Virus record (IMG/VR): IMGVR_UViG_3300010206_000020
Span: 1 to 51,331 of that record
Reading direction: 5' to 3' (one strand)
Length of the DNA: 51,331 nucleotides
DNA from: a virus
Taxonomy: Duplodnaviria; Caudoviricetes
Below the pieces are notes generated by a model that was given only the letters and a program-made list of their open reading frames with translations, was not told the origin of the DNA and did not search any database. Positions 20,619 through 28,801 of the stretch are shown here, one piece after another; position 1 is the stretch's first letter, and each line of letters starts with the position of its first letter. The position numbers and the translations under genes were made by a program.

Positions 20619-21233
20619 TTACTTCCTCTTTGTCGCGAGGGCGGACGTGACGGCCGACACGACGCCGCCGACCGGCTGGCCAGTAATCGCGGTTTGCCGC
20701 TCGTTGCTCCCGGTCCAAACGTGGATGCCGAGCACGCCGAAGCGAGCGCCCCACCACACCGTCAGCAGCGACGAAGCCGCGACCAGCTCACTGATCCGGC
20801 CGTCGAGGATGCACCACGCCAGCAGCGCGGCCCACAGCGGGCATTCGACCACCAGCTCGTAGGCCATGATCGTCCGCCACTGGCCCCACCAGTGATCCGG
20901 CATCGCCGCCTCGGCGGCGATCGCCTGGTTGACCGCCGTTATCTGCGTCTTGGCGACGTCGGCCTGCGCCTCGGCGAGCCTGGCGAGATACTCCCACTTC
21001 GCCGCCGCCTCGCTGTTGGCCTGCTCGAACGCGGCCTTCGCCGCGCCCGGGTCTGCCGCGATCGTGCTCTGCACGGTGCTTTCCGACACATTCGGCGCCA
21101 GGCCGAGCGCGCGTTTCAGCATCTGCCCCGCCTCGCCGGCGAGCGCCGGCACGCCGAGCGCCGCACCGAGCACAGGAAAACCCATGTCGATTGCCAGGCT
21201 TGCCGCCCAGCTCCATTTGCCGAGATCCACCAT
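20619..21233 (-). CDS. Holin-like membrane protein
   Basis: C-terminal TM segments after HWWGQWR; follows the endolysin gene. Confidence 0.55.
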   Translation of the reverse strand: MVDLGKWSWAASLAIDMGFPVLGAALGVPALAGEAGQMLKRALGLAPNVSESTVQSTIAADPGAAKAAFEQANSEAAAKWEYLARLAEAQADVAKTQITAVNQAIAAEAAMPDHWWGQWRTIMAYELVVECPLWAALLAWCILDGRISELVAASSLLTVWWGARFGVLGIHVWTGSNERQTAITGQPVGGVVSAVTSALATKRK

Positions 21234-21234
21234 G

Positions 21235-22089
21235 TCAGGCCACCTCTTGATCGACGGGTGCCGCGGCGGCCGGCTTGCGCTTTGCCGCCGGCTTATTGCG
21301 CTTCGGCTTCGCGGCCTTCTTCCGCGGGCGCTTCGCCTTGGCCGCTACCGCCTTCTTCCGCGGGCTCGTCGCGGCGACTTCGGGCAGGGAAGCGATCAGC
21401 GCGGCCAGCCCGGCGTTGTCGTCCGAGGCGGGCACGAGCAGCGTCTTGCGCGCCTGGTCGGCCGCGCGGCGGTGCAGGAAATACACCGCCGCGGCGGCAA
21501 GCCCCGCGACGACGAGCAGGACCGCGGCCGCGACCAACCATTGCGACACCGACCAACCTTGATGCGCGCCGGCCGTCACGGTGGCCGTGCCCGCGCCGAC
21601 GACGACGGCCGTTCCGGTCGACGCCGTGGTCGGCTTCACCGCCGGCTTGCCGAACACCTTCTGCTGCGCCTCGATCCAGTCACCGGCGGGCGCCGGATAG
21701 GGCTTGTTCGGCAGGCCCGCCTCGTGCTGAGCCTGCGCCTTCAAAAACTGGATACCCATCGGGCTATTCAGAAAGGCGTCGTTGATGATCGTCGCGCCTG
21801 TCATGCCCGGGACGCGGTCAGTGACGAACTTGACGTACGCAGCGGGCGAGTTGCCGCCCGACCAGACGCGGATCGCCTCGTCGAACCGCTTGTTCCGGTA
21901 CCGCGGCGTGCGCCACAGGTCGATCTGCGCGCAGATCCCGGCGACGAACGTCGGAAACACGGCGATATGGTTGCCCTGCCCGGTGCCGTCTTTCAGCGCG
22001 ACGTTGCCGACCTCGCCCCACTTCCGCGAGATCGCGTTGCCGCCCCACATTGCGCCGGGGTTCTTGTAGCGGACCGATGCAGGCTCCAT
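21235..22089 (-). CDS. Putative endolysin (lysozyme-like N-domain, C-terminal TM, basic tail)
   Basis: SVRYKNPGAM..FPT...G motif; hydrophobic WLVAAAVLLVVAGLAAAAVYFL; Lys-rich tail. Confidence 0.6.
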   Translation of the reverse strand: MEPASVRYKNPGAMWGGNAISRKWGEVGNVALKDGTGQGNHIAVFPTFVAGICAQIDLWRTPRYRNKRFDEAIRVWSGGNSPAAYVKFVTDRVPGMTGATIINDAFLNSPMGIQFLKAQAQHEAGLPNKPYPAPAGDWIEAQQKVFGKPAVKPTTASTGTAVVVGAGTATVTAGAHQGWSVSQWLVAAAVLLVVAGLAAAAVYFLHRRAADQARKTLLVPASDDNAGLAALIASLPEVAATSPRKKAVAAKAKRPRKKAAKPKRNKPAAKRKPAAAAPVDQEVA

Positions 22090-22117
22090 AGCGATTACTC
22101 CGTATTAGCGGGCAAGC

Positions 22118-23368
22118 TCACAGCTTAAGCTCCGCGTTCATGAAGGTTGACGGTTGCATGTTGTTGTGCGGCAGACCCCCGCCGACTTCCGACGTGGTGA
22201 ACGAGAACGAGTAGTAGTGCTCGTGATCGGTGTTCGTCGAAGTGGTGTAATCGGTCGTGTACCGATCGAACCAGAAGGCGCCGCCACCATCCGCCGTCAA
22301 GCCGAACGTCGCGCGCGAATACTGATGAGAGTGCGACGAGTTTCTAGTCATCGAGCCGGTGTATCCGGCGCCGCCGCCCGTGTGCGAATGCGCCGGGCTT
22401 TCGGTAAGTAACAACTGGTGCGTCTCGGCGCCGACGATGGCCGCGAGCTGTCGCGCGGTCAGCCCCGCGCCGATACCCGCAACGGCCAGCGCCCGGCCGA
22501 GGACACGCGGCAAAACCATGCGCCGGTGAGCGGCAAAGTCGGCGTCGGCCGACGCGCCCCGCGCCACGGTCGCGCCGGCGCTGTCCTGCACCGTCAACCC
22601 TATCGGCAGTGCGTACATCACCCTGAACAACGCGAGCGTGTCGTTGTTCGCTCTCGTGGTCGCGCCGGACGCCGCGTCGCCGATCGAACCGTCGTCGAGC
22701 ATTATCCAGCCAGCCTGCGCGATCTGTCTGTAAGTCAGCCGAACGTCGCCGGGCCCCCACGCGCTGCCGCCGATAGTGCTGTCGACATACTGCTTTGTGG
22801 CCGCGTGCGCCGCTGCCGTGGGCGGCCCGGCCAGCGTAAGCGCCCCCGTCATCGTGCCGCCCGCCAAGGCCAACGCGCCGAGGCGTTCGAGCGCGAGCGG
22901 CGGGTCGGTCAACCCGAGCAGGTTGTCAGACTTGAGCATGTCTCCGGAGCCGTCGCCGCTCGGCCCGGGCGGCCCCGCCGGAAGGTCAATGATGAAAACC
23001 CATTTGCCGGCGGCAAGGTCGAGCGAGAACGAAGACCCGGAGACGTGCGGCGCCGCCGCGCGATACAGTTTCCCGCTACGAAAAACATTCGCGTCGAGGC
23101 CGTAAGTTACGCCAGCGGCCCATGCACTGGCCGGTGCCAGGCCGGCGGTCTGCAGTTCGGCCGAAAGGCTGTCGTAGGTGACGATCCCGTTGTTCAACGC
23201 CCCGTCGGCGCGAATGACGTTCTGAACGAAGGCGCTGACGCTTTCGAGGCTGCCTTGTAAGCCCGCCAGGTCGTCGTCGATCTGCGTGCCGGGAAACGAA
23301 CTGCCCCCCTGCGAAATGGCAAAATCGGTGTAGCTGTAGGCTACGTTGTAGATGTTCGGGTAGGCCAC
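22118..23368 (-). CDS. Tail fibre 1 with tail-collar domain
   Basis: AATKQYVD, PGDVRLT..GWIMLD, GAETHQL...PAHSH and PHNNMQPS fibre motifs. Confidence 0.85.
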   Translation of the reverse strand: MAYPNIYNVAYSYTDFAISQGGSSFPGTQIDDDLAGLQGSLESVSAFVQNVIRADGALNNGIVTYDSLSAELQTAGLAPASAWAAGVTYGLDANVFRSGKLYRAAAPHVSGSSFSLDLAAGKWVFIIDLPAGPPGPSGDGSGDMLKSDNLLGLTDPPLALERLGALALAGGTMTGALTLAGPPTAAAHAATKQYVDSTIGGSAWGPGDVRLTYRQIAQAGWIMLDDGSIGDAASGATTRANNDTLALFRVMYALPIGLTVQDSAGATVARGASADADFAAHRRMVLPRVLGRALAVAGIGAGLTARQLAAIVGAETHQLLLTESPAHSHTGGGAGYTGSMTRNSSHSHQYSRATFGLTADGGGAFWFDRYTTDYTTSTNTDHEHYYSFSFTTSEVGGGLPHNNMQPSTFMNAELKL

Positions 23369-23481
23369 CGCCTGCGTCTTTCGTCGTCACGAATGGCGCA
23401 ATACTTATCATACACGGCGGACGCGAACAATCCTGCCCCTGACTGGGCTTAGCGCGGTGGACTGTCGGCTACGCGAGGCGT

Positions 23482-23742
23482 CTAGCCGCCTTGGCTGACC
23501 GGCGGGGCGGCCTTTTTGCCCGGCCTTCCTTCACGCCGCCCGGCCTCTCGTTCACGCCGGACAAGCTCGGCCTCTACAGCCTCACGAATGAACTTCGCCA
23601 TGCCACTGTCGCCTACCAGAGCGCGGATACGCGCCTTCGCCTCGCCCGATAGACGCACCTGCGTCGGCTTGATTCCCATCGGAGGCCTGCCCATGCGGCG
23701 AGCACTATCCGGTATCGGAAAGTCTGTCAAAATCGGCTCCAT
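23482..23742 (-). CDS. Ribbon-helix-helix DNA-binding protein
   Basis: MGRPP..KPTQVRLS....RIRALVG..GMAKFIREAVEAEL; true start may be the MGRPP-proximal Met. Confidence 0.7.
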   Translation of the reverse strand: MEPILTDFPIPDSARRMGRPPMGIKPTQVRLSGEAKARIRALVGDSGMAKFIREAVEAELVRREREAGRREGRPGKKAAPPVSQGG

Positions 23743-23783
23743 AAGCGATACCGCTTATTGACACGATAACCGATACCGTTTAT
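23741..23783. promoter_or_regulatory. Two operator palindromes flanking a TTGACA -35
   Basis: ATAAGCG-ATAC-CGCTTAT (23741-23758) and ATAACCG-ATAC-CGTTTAT (23766-23783); TTGACA at 23758-23763. Confidence 0.7.
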
Positions 23784-23837
23784 ATCTTCAACCATCAACT
23801 GACGGCGAGCCCCCACTTCACGACCGAAGCGAACCCA

Positions 23838-24038
23838 ATGACGATAGCTGCAATCCTGCTGACGCTTTTTGCCGTAGTGCTGATCGTATGGCTGAACCGG
23901 AGCGCCTGGCGGCTGAACCGGGATGGAAGCTGGCACTTTCACGGTGATGGCATGCGGCGCTTCGTCGGCGGCCGCTGGGAGCGGCGCGAAATGACCGAAC
24001 GCGAGCGCGCCGAACGGGAAGACTTCGTCAGCTGGTGA
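23838..24038 (+). CDS. Small membrane protein (moron)
   Basis: N-terminal TM IAAILLTLFAVVLIVWL; oriented against the late operon. Confidence 0.6.
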   Translation: MTIAAILLTLFAVVLIVWLNRSAWRLNRDGSWHFHGDGMRRFVGGRWERREMTERERAEREDFVSW

Positions 24039-24770
24039 CTACGGCGCTGTTACCCGCCTCAGAGCTGCCCTGACCCTGCTCGCGAGAACGGCCAACGTCG
24101 CCGGATCGGTGACGTGCTGCCCGTCGGCGCCGTAGGTCAGTGATGACAGCAGATTTCCAGACCCGTCGACAATGATGTCGTTGATCGAGACGAACTCGGA
24201 TCGCGACCGGACCGCGAGCAGGCCGGACAGGTACGCGTTGAGAGCGACTAGGTCCGACTTGATCCCTGACGTGGTCGAGGTCAGCGGATAGGCGGCGATC
24301 ATCACCAGCGGGCCGGTCAGATAGGCGAGGATCTTGTCGTAGTTGGCCTCGACGGTCGCCAGTGCGGCGCCGCCGGTGGTGTCGTTCTGCGACACCTGAA
24401 TGATCACGCCGCCGCAATTGCTGAGACAGGTCAGATCGGTCACGAGATGATTGACGTAGCCCGCGACCGTGTCGCCGCCGGCGGCAAACGGTACCGCGTA
24501 GGGCGAGAACATCGACACGTCGATCGCCTGCATCTGGCTATCGCCGATCACCGGAATGCAGCCGCCGCGGTACGCCAGCTCAGCCTGCTTGCGCTGAAAG
24601 CCGATCTTCTGCGACGTGTAGGTGGCCACCTCCGAATAGGACGGCAGCGACGGTACGGTTCCGGCCTTGCAGTTGTAGTTCTTCGGCCGCAGCAAGCGCG
24701 GCGCGGCGTCGGCCGCCACTGCGACCGTGACGCCGCCGCTTGGTGTCAGAGTGGTCGGGCTGATCGTCAT
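24039..24770 (-). CDS. SGNH/GDSL hydrolase
   Basis: Blocks IGDS, GGDT, QND and DGQH. Confidence 0.8.
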   Translation of the reverse strand: MTISPTTLTPSGGVTVAVAADAAPRLLRPKNYNCKAGTVPSLPSYSEVATYTSQKIGFQRKQAELAYRGGCIPVIGDSQMQAIDVSMFSPYAVPFAAGGDTVAGYVNHLVTDLTCLSNCGGVIIQVSQNDTTGGAALATVEANYDKILAYLTGPLVMIAAYPLTSTTSGIKSDLVALNAYLSGLLAVRSRSEFVSINDIIVDGSGNLLSSLTYGADGQHVTDPATLAVLASRVRAALRRVTAP

Positions 24771-26429
24771 TTAGGCCGACCACGTTTCGACGACGGCGCA
24801 GTGCTTGGCGCGCTTGTCGTTCGTGTACGTAAACTCGACGCAAACGCTCGACCCCGACGCCTGGCCGGACACGTCGATAACGGCCTCTATCAGCCGCCGC
24901 GAGCCGAGTTCAAAAAGCTGAGTGACAGACGTTGCGGTCGTCAGCGTCGTGCCGCCGTTGCGGCTCCCCTTGACGATGAGATCCGTCCCGAGCGTGATCG
25001 CGTCCACTGGCTCGACCACGAACAGCACTTTGATCTGCGCCGGCACAAAGTCGATCGCCTTGGTGACGGTCCGGATAATGGCGTCGTCAACGACCGGCGT
25101 CGCCTCGCCGAAGACCACCTGTGCGACGCAGGGCCGGTTGCCGGACGCGTCGCCAGTGTTCTTCACGTTCACCCAGCGGTGCAGCCAGGTGTTCGCGGTG
25201 TCGGTCGACGTGACCGTGCGGCCGGCGCTCTCATCGTTGGTGTTGGTGAACGACAGCGTCCCCAGCAGCACGCCGTCGGTCTCGTTGGCCGGCGCCGCCC
25301 CGGAGGCTTTGCCGTACAGTTCGAGCGTCGTCGCGTCGATATTGCTGGCCCCGGTCCAGAAACCCTTGTCGTTCGACCCGTAAACCTTGACGCGGCCGAT
25401 TTTCTTGGCCACCGCATCGGTGGTGCCGATGCTATCCGAGGTGTCGTTTGCGGCACCGTACAGCGATGTGGCGAACCCCCGGTTTGTCGTTCCGTCGAAC
25501 GCAACGGACGCGGCCAATGACCCGTTCTGGTCGAGCCCGAAGCGCCACGGCGTTCCCGTGCCGCCCGGAATATCGGCGATCGACACGCTGCTGGTGGTGT
25601 AGCCGACGTTCAGAACCTTGCCGGTCGGGTCCCAGGTGTAGCCGGAGGACGCTGCGCCGTTGACACCGTCATTTGACGCGTACCCGTCGGCCCAACCCTT
25701 GATCAAGTACAGCGCCGAGCCGAGCGACTTCGCGGCGCTAACCGCTGCAATCAAGGTCTGCCGAATGTCGTCGGGGCTGCTGCCCCCTCCGGCCCCGTCG
25801 GCGCCTTTTGCCGCGACTTTGAGCCACTTCCCCGCGGCGAGGTCCGTCGCGAACACCCCCGACACATGGTCGAGCAGCGCCGCGTAGGCTTCTCCGTTGA
25901 CCACCGCCACCGATCGCGGCGCCGTGGCGACGTAGTTCTGCCCCGTCGCCCAATTCACCGGCGCCGCCCACGCTGCCGGCCCCGCGACACCCTGCGGCCC
26001 TTGGTCCCCCTGTGCTCCGGTTTCGCCCGGCGGGCCGGCGGGTAGTACCGCAACCAGAACCCAGCGGCCCGCGGCCAAATCCACCGCGAACGACGCGCCC
26101 GAGGTGTGCGCGATCGCCGCCCGGTATAGCCCCTCGCCTGCTATGACGCCTTGCTGCAACGCGTAATCGACGCCGGGCGCCCAATTCATCGCCGGCGCCA
26201 GGCCCGCGGTCTGCAGCTCGGCCGAAAGGCTGTCGTAAGTGACGACGCCGTTTTGCAGCTTGCCGTCCGACCGCATGACGCCCTGAACGAACACCGCCAG
26301 GTTATGGACGCCAGCGCTCAGCCCAGCGAGGTCGTTGTCGACTTGCTGCCCCGGAAACGAGCCGTCGCCCTGCGCCGCCGAAAAGTCGGTGTAGCTGTAG
26401 CTCGGACTGTAAATTGACGGATACGGCAA
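24771..26429 (-). CDS. Tail fibre/spike 2 (paralogous N-terminal anchor, collagen-like linker)
   Basis: TTG start at 26429 aligns with the fibre 1 N-terminus; GPPGETGAQGDQGPQG; two W..G..Y...G..Y.A...H.SG modules. Confidence 0.8.
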   Translation of the reverse strand: MPYPSIYSPSYSYTDFSAAQGDGSFPGQQVDNDLAGLSAGVHNLAVFVQGVMRSDGKLQNGVVTYDSLSAELQTAGLAPAMNWAPGVDYALQQGVIAGEGLYRAAIAHTSGASFAVDLAAGRWVLVAVLPAGPPGETGAQGDQGPQGVAGPAAWAAPVNWATGQNYVATAPRSVAVVNGEAYAALLDHVSGVFATDLAAGKWLKVAAKGADGAGGGSSPDDIRQTLIAAVSAAKSLGSALYLIKGWADGYASNDGVNGAASSGYTWDPTGKVLNVGYTTSSVSIADIPGGTGTPWRFGLDQNGSLAASVAFDGTTNRGFATSLYGAANDTSDSIGTTDAVAKKIGRVKVYGSNDKGFWTGASNIDATTLELYGKASGAAPANETDGVLLGTLSFTNTNDESAGRTVTSTDTANTWLHRWVNVKNTGDASGNRPCVAQVVFGEATPVVDDAIIRTVTKAIDFVPAQIKVLFVVEPVDAITLGTDLIVKGSRNGGTTLTTATSVTQLFELGSRRLIEAVIDVSGQASGSSVCVEFTYTNDKRAKHCAVVETWSA

Positions 26430-26481
26430 GCCCCGGCCCTCGCGTCCTGAATTGCGCAATACATATCAGGCCACGGCGCAC

Positions 26482-26518
26482 AAGAAAAGGCCGCCCGGCG
26501 AGGCATCGCGGGGCGGCC
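26482..26518 (-). terminator. Rho-independent terminator of the Acb2/RyR operon
   Basis: Minus strand reads GGCCGCCC...GGGCGGCC-TTTTCTT. Confidence 0.75.
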
Positions 26519-26607
26519 GAAGTCAACGCTCGGGAGGAAACACCAATCACGGACCGCCAACCGTCAGAGGCTGGCGATCGCCTTTGTATCGCGCTGTATC
26601 CCGCGCG

Positions 26608-26850
26608 TCAACGGACGTGCGGAGGCTTCGGCGCCGGGTTCGTCAGCAGGAAGATCCGCGCGTGCTGCGCCATCATCAGCAGCTCAGCCTCGGCCAGTTC
26701 GCCGTCGCCGGCCGGGACTTGGATCGAGAACACCTGCTGGCCGTCGGCCTGCCGCACGGCGAGTAGTGACGGCACGTTCATGTCGACCGGCAGCACGGAC
26801 AGGCTCGGAACGTTCTCGTCGATCAGGCGCTTCGCTTTTTCCCAGTCCAT
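26608..26850 (-). CDS. Hypothetical protein, 80 aa
   Basis: GGAGG RBS; last gene of the four-gene operon. Confidence 0.65.
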   Translation of the reverse strand: MDWEKAKRLIDENVPSLSVLPVDMNVPSLLAVRQADGQQVFSIQVPAGDGELAEAELLMMAQHARIFLLTNPAPKPPHVR

Positions 26851-26856
26851 TTCGAA

Positions 26857-27099
26857 CTACCTCCCCTTCTTCATGGCGCGCGGTGACGCCGATCGGCGGG
26901 CCGGTGCAGCTTTGAACTCGCCGCACCAGCCGTTGTCGACCCCGACGATCGGGAATGCGCTCTTGCCGTCCAGCAGCGCGGTCGGCGGCCGTATCCGGCA
27001 CTGTCCGACCGCGATTTCGTTGCCGTCGTGGTCCTTGCCGGACCGCGGCAACAGATACACGTAGCGGCAGCGCCCACACGCGGCTTTCACCTCCGCCAT
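26857..27099 (-). CDS. Small Cys-rich (CxxC..C..C) protein, 80 aa
   Basis: MAEVKAACGRCRY...GQCRIRPP...FPIV...WCGEF; ATG at 27099. Confidence 0.7.
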   Translation of the reverse strand: MAEVKAACGRCRYVYLLPRSGKDHDGNEIAVGQCRIRPPTALLDGKSAFPIVGVDNGWCGEFKAAPARRSASPRAMKKGR

Positions 27100-27464
27100 A
27101 ACGTCGTCTCCGCGATCCCGAGCCCCGCGACGCAGGCCGCGACCACCGCCTTGAAGAGGTGATCCTTGACGCGCTGCTCGGGCGGCAGCTGGTCGAACGG
27201 CACGATGCAGGGGTGCAGCTTCTTCTCCGGGTCCTTCACCGGGCCGTAGGCCCAACCGTCGACTATCTTCTGCGCCATCCAACTGCTGTGATTGGCGCTC
27301 GCCGGCGCGTCGGGGTTCAGGATGCAGAACTCGACGCCCTTGATAGCGCTGTCCTTCTGCCATTGCGGCGCCAAGCCCCATTCGACCTGGCTGTGATCGT
27401 TGAACACCTTGCACAGTGCGCGATTTGCCTCGTGGCAAACGCTGGCAATCTCTTCTCGCGTCAT
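27087..27464 (-). CDS. RyR-domain protein
   Basis: HSSWMAQKIVDGWAYGPVKDPEKKLHPCIVPFDQLPPEQRVKD matches the RyR repeat consensus. Confidence 0.88.
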   Translation of the reverse strand: MTREEIASVCHEANRALCKVFNDHSQVEWGLAPQWQKDSAIKGVEFCILNPDAPASANHSSWMAQKIVDGWAYGPVKDPEKKLHPCIVPFDQLPPEQRVKDHLFKAVVAACVAGLGIAETTLWRR

Positions 27465-27476
27465 GCGTCGGCCTCC

Positions 27477-27737
27477 CTATTCCACCTGCTTGCCGTCTTC
27501 GGGCAGCTCGACGCGGCCCGGCCGGAAGATCGCGCGGTTGAGCGCCATGAAGCCCTGCTCGATCTGCGTTCGGGCGATCGCCAGCCAACGGTGGTTGACG
27601 TCCAAACGGCCGTTAAGGTCGTCGATCACGCGCAAGACGCGCTCTTCGTCCTGCTTGTTGGCGTTGACGAGTTCGACAGCTTTGTCGCTCTGCGGTTTGT
27701 AGCCTGCGACGGGCAGGCCCGGGTGTTTGTCGGCCAT
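27477..27737 (-). CDS. acb2: Acb2-like cyclic-oligonucleotide sponge (anti-CBASS family)
   Basis: GYKPQS...VNANK...RWLAIARTQIEQGFMALNRAIFRP parallels Acb2 GYR.LS...N..K...RWLAI.KT.IQ.G.MA..RAIAQP as recalled; GAGGA RBS. Confidence 0.8.
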   Translation of the reverse strand: MADKHPGLPVAGYKPQSDKAVELVNANKQDEERVLRVIDDLNGRLDVNHRWLAIARTQIEQGFMALNRAIFRPGRVELPEDGKQVE

Positions 27738-27787
27738 TTCGGGGTCCTCGTGATTGCGGTTACACCGCCTGCGGCGATGTATTCCAC

Positions 27788-27815
27788 GTATCTCACGAGT
27801 GACATACACCGTCAA
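27788..27815 (-). promoter_or_regulatory. Promoter/operator of the Acb2 operon
   Basis: TTGAC on the minus strand at 27811-27815; near-palindrome GTATCTCACGAGTGACATAC at 27788-27807. Confidence 0.6.
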
Positions 27816-28139
27816 GGCGTCGCGCTCGGGGCTTGCTGATGCGGCGGCGCGCCTCGGCGGCCGATTAACTCCGAAGTCTGGTTAGCCCGCGCGAGCCGTT
27901 TCCCAAATTCGGATTTTCGGGCGCAATTTTGTGTGGGTGCTCGACGGCGTCCGCGGCTCAAGCGGCAAACCGTACCCCGGGGGTCGGGTCCGGCCTCCGG
28001 GCGGGAGCCCGGGCGCCGTCGAGCGCCCCGGCGTCGAGGCTCAATCGCCTGGAATACTATCAGGCATATTCACGCAAAGCCCGTATTTGCTGGGGTCCCG
28101 CAGTTATAGCCAGCAGTTTTGCGCGCTACCCGGCGCGCC

Positions 28140-28613
28140 TCAATCGAAGATGCCGGCGCCTGGCGCGGCGATCGGCGCCGGTTCGTGGTCAATCACCTTC
28201 GCCGCGGCCATGCGCTCGGATAGCAGCCGCTCCGCCTCCGCGAGCAGCTCCCGGACCTTCTCCGCCGGCATTTCCGCCAAGTCCTCGGGCGACAGCGCAT
28301 TGCCGCCCGCGATGCCCGACAGCTGAACCAGCGCTTTCGCGGCCATGCCGCGCGTTGAGCCCTTCTGCAGTTTGTCACTCGCCAGCTCTATTAGCACGCC
28401 GACGCCGATTTCAGCGCCTTCGGTGCGCAAGCGGTGCTGCGCCTGGCGCCTGATCTCCTCTTGCACCTCGGGCCGCTGCAGCGCCTGCGAGGCGCGTTTT
28501 TCCGGCGACGCGTAGCCCGCGCGCGTCGCCGAATAGACCTTATCGCCGGTTCGCGCCATTTGCTTCGCAAACTCCCGTTCCATCGGTGTAATCGCGCCTT
28601 TTTTGAGCTTCAT
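28140..28613 (-). CDS. terS: Terminase small subunit
   Basis: TPMEREFA......SATRAGYA.....ASQALQRPEVQEEI HTH typical of TerS; ends GIFD. Confidence 0.75.
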   Translation of the reverse strand: MKLKKGAITPMEREFAKQMARTGDKVYSATRAGYASPEKRASQALQRPEVQEEIRRQAQHRLRTEGAEIGVGVLIELASDKLQKGSTRGMAAKALVQLSGIAGGNALSPEDLAEMPAEKVRELLAEAERLLSERMAAAKVIDHEPAPIAAPGAGIFD

Positions 28614-28728
28614 CCGCCTTCGCCACTTATGCTAAAACCCGTCAAAAGGTTGCAACCCTTTGTTTTCCGCCAGAAATCGCACCATAGCCGTTCCGGACAA
28701 TCGCCGCAACTTTTGTCATTCTCTGCGC

Positions 28729-28765
28729 TTGACAGTAGAATACAAATGACATACAAACGGCATAC
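28729..28765 (+). promoter_or_regulatory. Early promoter with ATAC repeats
   Basis: TTGACA-N17-TACAAA; ATAC at 28740, 28751 and 28762. Confidence 0.65.
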
Positions 28766-28801
28766 GGCAATCACGCCGTCGAACATGAGGATACCCCGAC
28801 T

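Noticed and set aside
9883-21785. Long plus-strand ORFs such as 9883-11535, 17135-18613 and 20181-21785
   Set aside because: They are antisense shadows of real genes in high-GC DNA, Arg-rich and without motifs.
23482-24038. Classical type II toxin-antitoxin pair
   Set aside because: The genes are divergent, and the partner is a TM peptide with no known toxin motif.
22118-26429. Diversity-generating retroelement or invertible fibre switch
   Set aside because: No reverse transcriptase or invertase is present. The repeats are direct, N-terminal, and the mismatches are not adenine-specific.
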